From positions 2,733,589 through 2,797,588 of the forward strand of contig MU053994.1 in assembly GCA_013239625.1 (NCBI GenBank): a stretch of DNA of 64,000 bases. Reading direction: 5' to 3'. Below, in pieces: positions 10,862 through 22,800 of this stretch. A program made the translations under genes and the position numbers. Within the stretch, counting starts at the first letter, position 1. The number at the start of each line of letters is the position of its first letter. The DNA comes from Lama guanicoe. Its lineage: Eukaryota. Below the pieces are notes generated by a model. The model worked only from the letters and a program-made list of their open reading frames with translations. It had not been told where the DNA came from and did no database searches.

Positions 10862-12769
10862 GCTTTTGCACAGCAAAGGAAACCATCAACAAAATGTAAC
10901 TGCGTCCACAGAGAATAACATACCCTGCCAACTCCATTTGGTTAGGACATTTACTTCTCCGCCCTTCCCCAGCCACTATTCTACCTTTCAGAACAGTGAC
11001 TTTCAAGCGTTTTTGAGCCCAACTCAAATACATTTGATATCACACACACACACACACACAGAAAAAGAAAATTGAACAGCTTAACAAAACCGTATTTACT
11101 CTCACTCCTTGTGGAAAATGCTGATAATTTCTACTCTGTTCTAATTACTAAAAGGATTGACTGATACAAAATCGATTTCAAATCCTGCTAATGGGTCTCG
11201 AACCACCGTCCCCAAAACACAATTTTAAAAGCTATTCCTGAGATATTCAAATAATAGATCAGAAAGCTCTTCATTTCAACTTTTTTTTTGCTATTTCTTC
11301 TGAGATTTACTTCCATATTTCTAAATAATATGAATACCCTTCTATTTCTTAATGTTTTTTTCTTTTAGATATAATCCATTTTTCCTCTTATGGAAAATGT
11401 GGATTTAGCTCCCTTCCATGCACCTTCTCCAAATATGCACGTATTTCCCCTCCTTACCTCTCAATATATCATGAGTTTTTTTTTATTAAGTGAATATTCA
11501 TTGTTTATATTACCATGGTTGTATGTATCAGTCAGGGTCCTAGCAAGGACCAGGTGGCACACTCAGACTGGGGAATTTGAGAAGAGTTTAATATGGGACC
11601 ATTTGTAAAAGTGTGGGCAGGGTATAGGGAAACCACTTAGAGATAGGGCTGGTAGAACTATGGGGGCTCCATGACCACCCCTCGGTCCCAAAGAACAAAA
11701 AGACATCCTACTGAATGGGAGAAAATATTTGCAAAGGATATGACCAATAAGGAGTTAATATCTAAAATATATAACTCATAATCAGAAAAATAAACAACCT
11801 GATTGAAAAATGGGCAGAAGTCCTGAATAACCATTTTTCCAAAGACGACACACAGATGGCCAGACACATGAAAAGACACTCAATGTCGTTATTCATCAGA
11901 GAAATGCAAATTAAAACTGCAATGAGATATCACCTCACAACTGTTAAAATTGTTATCATCACAAAGGCCACAAATAACAAATGTCGGTGAGGATGTGGAG
12001 AAAAAGAAACCCTTGTATACTGTTGGTGGGAATGTAAATTGACGCAGCCACTGTGGAAAATAGATGAAGGTTTCTCAAAACACTAAAAATAGAAACTACC
12101 ATTTGAACCAGCAATTCCATTCCTGGGTATATAGTCCCCAAAACCCCCAAAAACAGTAATTTGAAAAGATATATGCATCTCAATGTTCAAAGCAGCATTA
12201 TTTACAATTGCCAAGATATGGAAGCAATTTAAGTGTCCATCAGCAGATGAATGGATAAAGACAATGTGATATATATATACATACACATACACATACATAC
12301 ATACACACACAATGAAATACTACTCAGCCATTAAAAAGAGTGAAATTTTGCCATTTGCAGCACCATGGAAGGACCTGGAGGGTATTATGCTAAGTGAAAT
12401 AAGTCAGAGGAAGACAAATACTGTATGATATCACTTATGTGTAGAATCTAAAAAATATAACAAACTAGTGAATATAACAAAACAGAAGCAGACTCACAGA
12501 TATAGAGAAGAAACTAGTGGTTACTAGTGGGGGGAGGGAGGGAGGGGGGCAATATAGGGGTAGGGAATTAAGTGGTACAAACCATCAGGTATAAATAAGC
12601 TACAAGGATGTATTGTACAACATGGGGAATATAGCCAATGTTTTATAATAATTATAAACGGAATATGACCCTTAAAAATTGTGAATCACTACGTTGTACA
12701 CCTGAAACGTGTATAATATTGTACATCAGCTATACCTCAATTTAAAATCAATTAATTAATTTTTAAAAA
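10862..12769 (+). mobile_element. 5'-truncated L1 (ORF2 C-terminal part + 3'UTR) carrying an ~800-bp captured genomic segment
   Basis: GCTTTTGCACAGCAAAGGAAACCATCAACAAAATG continues directly as AAAAGACATCCTACTGAATGGGAG once 10897-11696 is removed. TSD AAAATCCTTAACTTA (10847-10861) / AAGATTCTTAACTTA (12770-12784). Confidence 0.9.
10890..11696 (-). repeat. Inverted repeat arm 2 (inverted copy of 7046-7847)
   Basis: Colinear reverse-complement match throughout. The (CA)n at 11041-11060 is longer than in arm 1. Confidence 0.95.
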
Positions 12770-13279
12770 AAGATTCTTAACTTAATCACATCTGCAAAGA
12801 CTCCTTTTCAAATAAAAGTAACAGTCACAGTTCTAGGGTTTAGGACCTGATATTTTTAGGGAACATTATTCAGCCTGCTCCAGCGGTCAATGAGGGCCGC
12901 AGAAGATGGGACTGGAAGAATCAGGCAAGACTGGGGCCAATAAATTATTATATAGTTGGGTTCTTTCCTAAATCACCTCATTCACCCTCAAGCATCCTCA
13001 CAATCTGGCAAAACTAAACGACCCTTGCCCTCAGACTTAGCTCTTAGAGTGATTAATGAATCCCTTTGACAGGATATTGGCTTCAAAGGCGACACAGGTA
13101 AAACCATTTGAAAAGTAAAACATAGGTTGTTAATTAAGAACATCTCTTGACAACTGTAGACACAAACCAAGGTGTGGTCTCTCAGATTTGTTCAGAAGTT
13201 ACTTTCGACAACTGATTTTTGCTGGTTCAGCAATGGCTGACCACAAACTAGCACCAAGGGCTTGTCTAGGATGCTGGGC

Positions 13280-13470
13280 TTGAGTCCCGCGCTGCCATCC
13301 CTAATGGTTTGAACTTGGCCAAGTTCTTTGCCTTCTGTGGCTGTTTCCTCATCTCTAAAATAGGGACGACAGTGAGACTTACCACGTGGACTTGTTATAA
13401 GGCAAAAGTGAGACAGCATATATAAGGAATACCCAGCACACGGTAAGCACTGAATAAATGTCAGCCCCTG
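13280..13470 (+). mobile_element. MIR SINE
   Basis: CTGTTTCCTCATCTCTAAAATAGGG core; CAGCACACGGTAAGCACTGAATAAATG 3' end. Confidence 0.75.
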
Positions 13471-13899
13471 TTGCTTTTGTAATTGTCGTCATTACAGCTT
13501 CCATGCTATCATTTCTCATTCTTCTTATGCAAATACGGTATATATGAGCCGAACCGTATGAAAGGGCCTTGGAAAGGCTATGAAATGAGTTTACTGGTGA
13601 CTATCTACAAAACTAGATAACATTTAACATTTAAACATTTAAGTCTGTTGAACTGAATGGAAGAAAATGAAAAACCCAAAGTTACAGTCAAGTAGACCTC
13701 AAATAAATTGAGTGGTATGGTTGTTGTTTCTATGTCATAACAATGATTCAAATACAATGGCAAGACTTTTTCTCCATGTAAAAGGCTTTTACAGACCTCA
13801 AGATGTAGAGTTTATCTCCTAGGCTTAAAATAGCTTTTTTCATAATTTTTTAAACATATACATTTTCTTGCAGGACAGCAGGGCCAGCTTTATTACCAA

Positions 13900-14330
13900 C
13901 ATTTATCAGCTAAATAGTAAGTGGTCCCAAATATCTTTTACCCTAATCAGGTGGAATCAGCAAGCAAATATATAACTTGCGTCTCTGTTTATATACTCTC
14001 AAGAGTATTTATTTGTTTAATAAAGCCTACAATGTGGCTGGTAATTGGAAATGTTGACTGAACCAGGTTGCCTTGTACAAAACGCAAGACTTATGAAATT
14101 TTATCATAATTGTGAGTCACAAATGCCCTTTTAAGCAGATTAATGGCCACTGATGGAAACAGTCAGGAAGTACCAACAGAACTTAAATTAGTCATCTCAT
14201 TAATTTTCTCCCTATTCTTGTCTTGCTACATTGTCATAGTTTTAAAAATTCAATACTGGGTCTTTTATTTGACATTATTTCTGTTGGTTGGTGGTATATT
14301 CTAACACATTTCATAAATGGCAACGTAGCC
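13900..14330. promoter_or_regulatory. Candidate enhancer in a TE-poor tract
   Basis: AP-1 TGAGTCA (14113-14119), ETS CAGGAAGT (14164-14171), forkhead-like TGTTTAT/TGTTGAC and homeobox TAAT/TCATAAA motifs. Motif evidence only. Confidence 0.3.
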
Positions 14331-14919
14331 AAAGTTTGATTAAAGTTTGATCAGCATAATCATCGCAAAATATAAAACATATTGGTAGGATTTCTACTCT
14401 CCAGTACTTAGAAAAGCAGCTAGCTTATTGAAAGAGTGTATGTGGAGAGACCATTTTAATATATTTTTGTCTTTATTATAGCCCCTTAAAATATGATTTA
14501 TAAAAGCTTATTGTCTAGTGAGCTCAAATTTGCAAATGGAAAGAATTAGGATCCCTCTAAAATCAGGTAACAGATGTTTCTCAGTCTGAGCACAGAGGAT
14601 TTAGAAAAGCAAAGTTGGGCTCTTTTTAAGCTAGTATTTTTTAGGTAGACATTTGGAGGGCTTTTTTCCTCTCAAGAACAAAAGGGCAGGGAGAAAGCTT
14701 TGCTGCTTGGCAAAGGTGAGAAATCCCTGAGTGGTTTTATGATCCTGGAAGAGTTTTACCTCTTAAAAGATTTAGCGTGGGTTTAAATATACGTTCTTGT
14801 CAAGCCTGGAGAATTGGTGATTAACAACCACTACATCTTACTGATCGTTTTTCATTTACATTTAGATGTTTATATTCTAATCTTTCATTCTCAGATTTTT
14901 CTATGGTCTTCTTTTATAT

Positions 14920-15510
14920 ATTAGTTTGGATTTCTCCAGAAGCTAGCTGTGAAACAAGGGTTCAAGAGCAAGTTCAGTAGTTTATTTGGGAGGTGAAGGA
15001 AAACACGGGTAGGGAAGTGAGTCCATGAAGGGAAGGCATTAAAGGGTGGATTATCCAGCAAGATACAACTGCGGACCACTGGGGCCTAATCCCACTGGAG
15101 AACTCTGGGAAATGATGTAGAACATGAGCCTCAGTGTCATCCCACATTGTGAGGGAGGGAGCTGGGGTATTTATACACTAATAAGCCAGAAGTCTTCGGT
15201 TGAGGGCTTCTCACAGGATTGTCAAAATCCTTGGCTCTTCCAGTCTGCCATACTCCAGGCTGAGCCCTCAGGCAGATACTGGCAGTTGGAGCACGCTGAA
15301 GTGGTAAGGCACTAAGCATCTGCTATAATATTTGTCTTTCTCTGTCTGACTTACTTTACTTACTAGAATAATCTTTAGGTCTATCCTTGCTGCAAATGGC
15401 ATTATTTCATTCTTTTTTATGGCTGAGTAGTATGAACCATGCTGTACTCCAGAAACTAACACATTGTAAATCAACTATACTTCAATTTTTAAAAAAGAAC
15501 ATCTGCTACA
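14920..15510 (-). mobile_element. ERVL LTR16/LTR33-like LTR with a nested mini-L1 near its end
   Basis: TTAGTTTGGATTTCTCCAGAAGC...TTTATTTGGGAGGTG...GGGTATTTATACAC motifs. Confidence 0.6.
15328..15496 (+). mobile_element. Twin-primed (5'-inverted) mini-L1
   Basis: Antisense L1 segment 15328-15432 fused to a sense 3' terminus and A-tail (15433-15496). TSD AAGCATCTGCTATA (15314-15327) / GAACATCTGCTACA (15497-15510). Confidence 0.8.
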
Positions 15511-15690
15511 GGTCACCACAGAAGATTTCTCTGCAAAATGAATTCCTGCATATAAAGAATTTAGCATAGTGTCTGGCACAGAGTAAGGATTCAATGTTAG
15601 TTCAGTTGTTTTGATAATATTTACTTCTTTTTTTTAATATATCATGAAACTTTCTTTCTTGTCCAAAGACTTCTCTTTCTTTGCCTGCAC

Positions 15691-16162
15691 TTTTTTGTAA
15701 AAATTTTTATTGAAGTGTAGTTGATTCACAATGTTAGTTTCAGGTGTACAGCAAAGCGATTCAGTTACACATATACATACATTTTTTCTCTTTTCAGATT
15801 CTTTTTCATTATATGTTATTACAAGAAATTGAAAATAGTTCCCTTTGCTATACAGTAGATCCTTGTTGTTTATCTATTTTATAAATAGTAATGTGTGTCT
15901 ATTAATCCCAAAACCCTAATTTATCCCTCCCTGCCCTTTCCCCTTTGGTAACCATAGTTTGTTTTCTATGTCTGTGAGTCTGTTTTTGTTTTGTAAATAG
16001 AATTTATATCATTTTTTAAAGATTCCACACATAAGTGATATCATATGCTATATGTCTTTCTCTGTCTGACTTACTTCACTAAATATGATCATCTCTAGAT
16101 CCATCCATGTTGCTGCAAATGGCAAAATTTCATTCTTTTTATGGCTAACTAATATTCCATTC
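15691..16162 (-). mobile_element. L1 3' end
   Basis: TTTATTGAAGTGTAGTTGATTCACAATG...GATTCCACACATAAGTGATATC...GTTGCTGCAAATGGC. Confidence 0.9.
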
Positions 16163-17699
16163 CACTTTAAATGCTGCTTTCCCCCTCTCTTCTTACTCTA
16201 CACCCGCTTCCTGGACCATCTCTTACTATGTCGTCCAATGGCCACTTTTCTCCTTAATGCACACATCCAGACCAGGCCACTCCTCTATATCCTAGACTCC
16301 CCCCCTCCCCCCAACAACTGTCAACCTGAGAGCCTTTCTGCAATAGTACTGCATCTCAGCTCACCCTGCCTTGTCTGAACCTCCACCCCCTGCTCATGCA
16401 GCTCCCTCCCATTTCTGTTGGTGGCTCCACCACCAGTGACTTCTTCATCTTAGGCTGGGGCCCTTGGGCTTAAGCTCCTTTCTGGTCCTCATCTAGCCAA
16501 GCCCATCAGGTGCTTGCCCCACTCCCTCCCCCTCAGTGTGGTAGACTGGAACTTGTTCTAGGGTCAGGCCTCACAAGATCAGGATGACAGAGATCTGGAT
16601 TCCAGAGTGAGGAGGATCAGGAAGGCCAGGCACAGTGGAGGAAACTTGTTCCTTAAAATTTCTGGATGAGAGGAAGAAAAGGAGGGGGGACTGCACTCTC
16701 AAATTCTCCTACCACTCTGGGTGCTCGAATGAGCCCTTCTGCTGCGGTCATTTGAGGAGAAGATGGCCCCAGGTATCCCCGCTCCCTTCGAGGGACGACG
16801 GAGGTCCCACCGCTCAACTGTTGTGGGGGAAAACCGTAAACAGGACTTTTATTGTTTTACCTGGCCTGAAAACAAAACAAAACGGAAACCTCTTTAACCA
16901 TCAAAAAAACAACACAAAAAAACTTTCCCCAGAGCAATGGGGCCTAGTAGGCTTATACTAGCAAAGGAAGATGGGTGAAGAAAGTCTTCAGAAAATAAGA
17001 AAAAAAAAATCTCCTTTAGGGGATTTTCTAGCCCCCTCTAGAGCTGATGGGACAAATTTTGGTATAAAAGGAAAGGGGAAAAATACATATTTAATCCCCC
17101 TGTGGCTGGGCACTCTATCTGGGTGGTATTTTTATCAGGTGCCAGGTGATACTTATGTAGCCTGGCCCAGACCAACAATCAGGAGATACTGGCCCCAGGA
17201 TAAGGGTCAAACCCTCAGGTAACATTCAAAACCCTCCAACGTCCAGCCCCTTCTTGCCTCTCCTGGCCCTCTTTGCCTCAAAACATCAGTCTCACCAGCA
17301 CAACAACCTGGAGTGTCTTTTTACCGCTGCCTCTTGTCACCTCCTTTCACCTGCTGACTCTTACTCACCCTTACTTGAAGGTTCTCTCCATTTTAGTTCC
17401 AAGTTGGGGTAGATACACTTCCCTGGGCCCTGCTGATGCCTGATGCCTCACCCTATCACTCCCCTGATCTCACCGTGTTATAATTATTTATTTTGGGTCT
17501 ATCTCCTTTAATAGACTGTGCGAACCTTAAAAATAGGGACCAGATCATAATCATCTATGCACTTCCATTAGGGCTGGCCCAGAGCACAGAAAGAAGAAAG
17601 CGAGAGAGTGAGGGAGGGAGAAAGACAAGGACTGTAATAGTTTGGGTCTTCGGAGAAGAAGACGTGAAGATGGGATAAAACCTGCAAAAAATGTATTAA

Positions 17700-18075
17700 A
17701 GAAAACACCTGTAAGGGAAAATGTGGAGGGAGATGGAAAAGATTGGGAACCCAGTAGGCCTTGATGCAGGTCTGACCTGGGAAGGAAAGGAAAAAGGTAG
17801 GAAGGAAGTTTAGATGGAAGCATCTTAGACTGCAGTTCAGTCTAAGGAAGGTTTGACAAGGCCGATGGGGAGTCTTTGAGCCAAAGTTGCCTGTCAAAGG
17901 AGTTCCATGTCTCCCAGGAACGGGCCTGCCTCAGTATCCCCACTATGTTCAGTCATTGATGGGGAGCAGCCTGGGGGAAGCATGGCCCCAGCGCCAATGT
18001 GGTAATGGATTTCAGAGGCTGTAGCTGGGGCCCATGGTCAATTACACCTTACATTTGTGACAGTCAGGGATCTGA
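17700..18075 (-). mobile_element. ERVL LTR (LTR16/LTR33-like)
   Basis: GAGCCAAAGTTGCCTGTCAAAGGAGTTCCATGTCTCCCAGG motif; similar to 44740-45030. Confidence 0.55.
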
Positions 18076-18989
18076 GAGGGGAATTCTCATGATGGAGAGA
18101 GGGAGGGAGGAACTACTGAATTAGAATCTCCAGGGACAGTGCTGGGAATTTCATTTTTTTTTAAAGGACTCAGATGACTCTAAAGCATAACCAACCATGT
18201 AGCAGGAAATAATCACAGCCTTTCGAGGGCTGATCTTACTAACCCAGACCTAAAATGCACCAACAGACCATTACCGCCGATCATCACAGGGCTGAATTCT
18301 AATTTCACACTTAACTTGTGATTTACTTGATGGCTTGCTTTGTACAGTTTTCTAATCTCCCTCTTCAGTGTCCACATTAGGAAATGAATTCAAAAAAGAT
18401 CCTCAAAAAGAAAACTCATCTGACCCCCCAGTCTCAATCCTTCCATCTGGGTGTTATAAAACTCTGCTTCATTAACTGGGAGAAACTCAAGTAACTTCCT
18501 TCAAAGCATGGTTTGTACTACTATCATTTTAACCATTTCTGTATGTACATTGGCACGGTTCCCAGCGGGCCTCACAGGACCACCCATGATACTAGATGAC
18601 AGTTTCAGAGGCCGGTAGAGCAAGGGAGATTTAATTCTTTTAATACACAGTAAAATAGTCCACAAATGCAGACATTTTGATTGCCAAGTTCTTGCAAATT
18701 CCTGAGCTCCCCAAAGATAGAGTATGGTTTGCTGACATTTGTGTTTCCAGGCTTGTTCAGTCCTTGACACACAGTAGGTACTTAATAGATGTTTGTTAAT
18801 AAATGAGAATTTAGGACCCTAACCCAATTTAATATTGCCTTCCATGATGTACCCACAAACCAGTATGGCTTGTGAGGTTTTTTTCTCTCTCTCTTTTGCT
18901 TTGGTTGACTTGCAAAGGTGTTTCACACCTTGCAACCAGTTAAATAAAGCATAGGATCTTTAGGAAAAAACTTTACCTCCCCACTCTAA

Positions 18990-19254
18990 GCCCTCCCCCT
19001 GAAGCCACCAGCATTAACTCTGTACCCATTAAACAATAACTTATCATTTCCCCCTCCCCCCAGAGCCTGGCAACCATTTGATTTTCCATCTCTGTAAAAT
19101 CTGACTACTCTAGGCACCTCATATAAGTGGAATCGTACGGTATTTGTCTTTTTATGATTGTTTCATTTCACTTAGCATGTCTTCAAGATGCATCCAGATT
19201 GTAGTATGAGTCAAAATTCTCTTCCTTTGTTAAGGCTTAATAATATTCCATTGT
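18990..19254 (-). mobile_element. L1MB-like 3' fragment
   Basis: TGTACCCATTAAACAATAAC...ATATAAGTGGAATC. Confidence 0.75.
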
Positions 19255-19338
19255 ACATTGGGTTGCAGTATTGAAATTGCCATTCTTTTTGGTCATAAAG
19301 AGTGGGTTATCCCCAATTTCATATAGTTCAACTGAATA
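19255..19338. mobile_element. MADE2-like mariner-derived MITE
   Basis: About 80 bp with degenerate inverted ends (GGTTG...TGAAATTG / CAATTTCATATAGTTCAAC). Confidence 0.6.
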
Positions 19339-19653
19339 CTATGGATATTAATCCTCTATCTGCAATTTGTTGCAATTATTTTCTCACAGCCTATGTTATC
19401 CTTTCACTTTTTATGGTATCTTCTGCCACTGGAGAATTTTAATTGTCTATATTAGCAAATCTGTTTCATTTCCTTGATGCCGTCTGAATTTCTTGTATTA
19501 TTTAAGAAGGTCTCCCTACCTAAATATTATATAAATGTCCTCCTAAATTTAACTTCTAGAATGTTTGTGTGTTTTACATTTGCCTTTTAATCCATCTATA
19601 ATTAAAGAAATAGGGACCTAACATTGTATTTCCCATGTAATAAGCAATTATTC

Positions 19654-19810
19654 TTTTTTTTTAACTGAAGTATAGTCAGTTACAATGTGTCAATTTCTGG
19701 TGTAGAGCATGTTTCAATCATACATACACATACATATATTCATTTTCATATTCTTTTTCATTATAGATTGCTACAAGATATTGAATATAGTTCCCTGTGC
19801 TATACAGTAT
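19654..19810 (-). mobile_element. L1 3' end fragment
   Basis: T-tail then TGAAGTATAGTCAGTTACAATG...ATAGTTCCCTGTGCTATACAG. Confidence 0.85.
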
Positions 19811-19899
19811 ATTTATTTATTTAATGGAGGTACTGAGGATTGAACTCGGGACCTCAAGCATGCTAAGCATGTGCTCTGCCACTGAGCTATACCCTCCCC
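19811..19899 (-). mobile_element. tRNA-Ala-derived SINE (Vic-1-like)
   Basis: Same head as 983-1078 with a (TTTA)n tail. Confidence 0.88.
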
Positions 19900-20554
19900 A
19901 CCAACATACTGGTTTATTAAGTTGCAAATTGGTTAAATTTTATGGATAGGAAAAGCATTCTCCTTCAGCAGATCCCGCATTTCAGGCTAGGAATAAAGAA
20001 CTGTGTTGGCTAGAGGAGAAGGAGCAGAGGCCAGAGGCCAGTCGGGCATGGGGGCTGGAGGGAGCACAGGTGGAGACCCCAGGGGGACTGATGGTCTAGG
20101 AGTCCTCACAGACACAGGGAAAGTGCTTCCTGACTTCTGGCAGCTGTGGGGAGCCTAAGGGCATCTGGTAGGGTGTGACCTGTGCACTGGCAATGAAGGG
20201 GATGTCTGTCAGCCCACCTACAGAGGCAGCTAGTTGTTCAGGGCATGAGAGGGGACAAGAAATAGGGCTGGCAGGATGGGTGCAGGAAGCCAGCTCCCTG
20301 CCCAGAGGCAGGGACCCAGAGTGGTACCCTCCATACTGGGCAACACCGCCTTTTGTGGGCACTGGAGGATGAACAGAGAGGAAGCTCAAGAGCCCCAGGG
20401 AGAAGAGGGCCATTTAGGCTGTCTCACCTCCTGCTAGAACTACTCAGGGAGAGAGACCACCCAACACCCCTCAGCTCCACTCCTACTCTTGGGAGCGCTG
20501 GTAGAAACTACCCTGGGCAGAACCACAGCAAGGTATTTCCAAACTCAGATGGTG

Positions 20555-20987
20555 TGTCAGATGGCTTCCTTTCCCCCTCCAGATCCGCTCTACCCTCTTC
20601 CATCTCCTCTGCATGCTGCAATCAGACCTCAGTGGACTCCAGAAATGGGTTCCTATGCCCTCTGCCTTCCAGCTGCCCTTGGCCACCACTAGGAGATGGG
20701 AGGCTGGGAGGAGAGAGATCAGGGTATCTATTTCCCTCAAATGCCTCCTTGCTGGGTCTCTGAGGGCTGGCTGGTTGCATCCCTGAACCACAAGTCATTG
20801 CTCTTGTCAAGATGCCCTCTTCACAGAATTCTCTCGTGAGGTTCCAATAACTCTCCCTCCTTCTGCTCCTTCTGGCCGGTGGTTTCCCTGCACCCTGATA
20901 TCCTTTGTAAATCATCTATTAAACTCATCTCAATTTACCCAGTCTGAAGGTACCATCTGTTTCCTGCCACGATCCAGAATGATACAG
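20555..20987 (+). mobile_element. ERVL LTR16-family solo LTR
   Basis: ATTAAACTCATCTCAATTTACCCAGTCTGA...CATCTGTTTCCTG...GATACA end. Confidence 0.6.
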
Positions 20988-21804
20988 ATGGCTTGTCTGA
21001 AAGGCCTATTGATGGAGAGTCCAAGGACCCCTTATTGTTTTAGGCAGATGGGGGGCAGCCTGTAGCTAGCTGGAGGTTACTCCAGGCACCTGGAATGAAG
21101 CTGGGAACTTGAACTTTTTGGAGGCGAAGACTGCCTGTCTGTCTTTGCAGCCCCAGTATTATCACAGGATCTATTTTTTCAGGAGGGGCCCTCCAAAAAC
21201 AGGTTTCCCCTCTTTTTGCAGTTCAGGAACACTTTTCTGTCTAGAAGGATCTCCTTTCCAGTAATGATGTCCCTGAGAGGTTGCACTTTGAATGATTTTT
21301 CTGCCAAGATCAAAACAATCAGTGAGTCCTTGAGCACGAGTGATCTGTCAACACTCTGAGGGCTACAAGAGACCCCAGGAAGAGGCCAGGGCTGAGGAGG
21401 GGAGGATCTGGAACAGCACTGGAGGAAGAATACACCCTAATGGAGAATCGGAGGGCTCCAGAGGCCCCCACCTACTCCACAGCTTTGCTCAAGGCCAAGG
21501 TTCTGGGCCAGGAGGTGGTGCTGATCCAGCTTAAGAGAAGCAGGAGAAAAACAAGAGCTCCCGCCACTGTGTGAGGGCATTTCCACCTCTCACCAGGTGG
21601 CAGATATAGGCCAGTTAGCTGCAAATTTTGCAATATAGAAATAAGCTAACATTTGTTAGAAGAGTATGAATGTGTGGCCTCTCGTCATTTTTTGAAAGCA
21701 AGTGGGCACCATGATGACAACTATGTCTAAATAGATTCGTATCTTGATAAAGACTGGAATACACATGAAAATATTCATTATATTGAGTATTGATGGAGAA
21801 TTTT

Positions 21805-22085
21805 CTTTTTTAGCTTTATTGAGGTATAATTAATATACAAAAAATTGTATACATTTTAATGTATACATCTTGATGGGTTTGAACGTACACATACAACTGT
21901 GATACCATCACCACAAAGTATTAAACATATCCATCACTTTAAAAATTTCCTTGTGTTCTTTTGTGGTGATTTTTGTTTTGGGGAGTTTTTTTGGTAAGAA
22001 CATTTAACATGATCTAGGCTCTTAACATATTTAACTGTAGGTGCTATGTTGGACAGCAGATCTCTAGAATTATTTATTTTGCCTT
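21805..22085 (-). mobile_element. L1MA-like 3' end
   Basis: TTTATTGAGGTATAATT...GATACCATCACCACA...CAGCAGATCTCTAGAA. Confidence 0.75.
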
Positions 22086-22649
22086 TTGTATACTTTTTTT
22101 CACTAAAATTGTTAATCTGGTAAAATGATTTTTATAATTTAAAAAATGGAGGAAAAAACACAAAGCAAATATTTATATGAAATTGGACAAGGCGTTTTCT
22201 TTTCAGCCTCCTTTTCCTCCTTTCTGTAATGAGATAAATGTTCCCTACAGTCCATTCCAGATTTCACAAAATGTAACTCTGAACTGTTAAAATGAGTCAT
22301 AAAATGTGGATATAGAGAGATTTTGATTATTTTAACATTTCCATAGAGATCAAGAAATAGGTAGAAATGATTTTGTCCCACTAGGGATTGTGGTAACCGA
22401 AGTTCTGCCTGTCTAGCATGGTTTCCCATTTCTTCCTTTGGGTCACTTTAAGATCCCTTCTTCTATTCCACATGATCCTGCTCAGTGGACAGTCATACTG
22501 CCCTGCCCCATCTTTGATAGACATCTGGTGGTCACATGACCAAACCAGAGCCAATCAGAATCTTCTCTAAAACTGATAATACGGACAAAGGGACAAAGAA
22601 GGACTCTTTCTCCTGGAGCTGCTAAATCTTTCTGCCTCTTACGTGGGTG

Positions 22650-22800
22650 ACTACAGACAAGTCATTTAACTTCTCTGAGCCTCAATTTTCTCAACTTAAA
22701 TGAGGATAATAATATAATCCACCTCATAAGAACATGTGAGGATCAAATGACATAAAGCATGAGACAAGCTGTTAGGAATCTTAAAGTATTTTGTAATATT
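22650..22800 (+). mobile_element. MIR SINE
   Basis: CAAGTCATTTAACTTCTCTGAGCCTCAATTTTCTCA core. Confidence 0.75.

Larger units (their letters stand above)
10457..12882 (-). mobile_element. MLT1C-like MaLR LTR, split by an L1 insertion (parts 10457-10861 and 12770-12882)
   Basis: TGTATTAGTTTCCTGTGGCT...CACAAACTT...TTTATTCTCTCATAGTTCTGGA. The sequence resumes as TTAACTTAATCACATCTGCAAAGAC after the L1. Confidence 0.85.

Noticed and set aside
7046..11696. Giant DNA transposon with 800-bp terminal inverted repeats
   Set aside because: There is no TSD or transposase. Arm 1 is continuous with its flanks (the LTR continues leftward), while arm 2 interrupts an L1.
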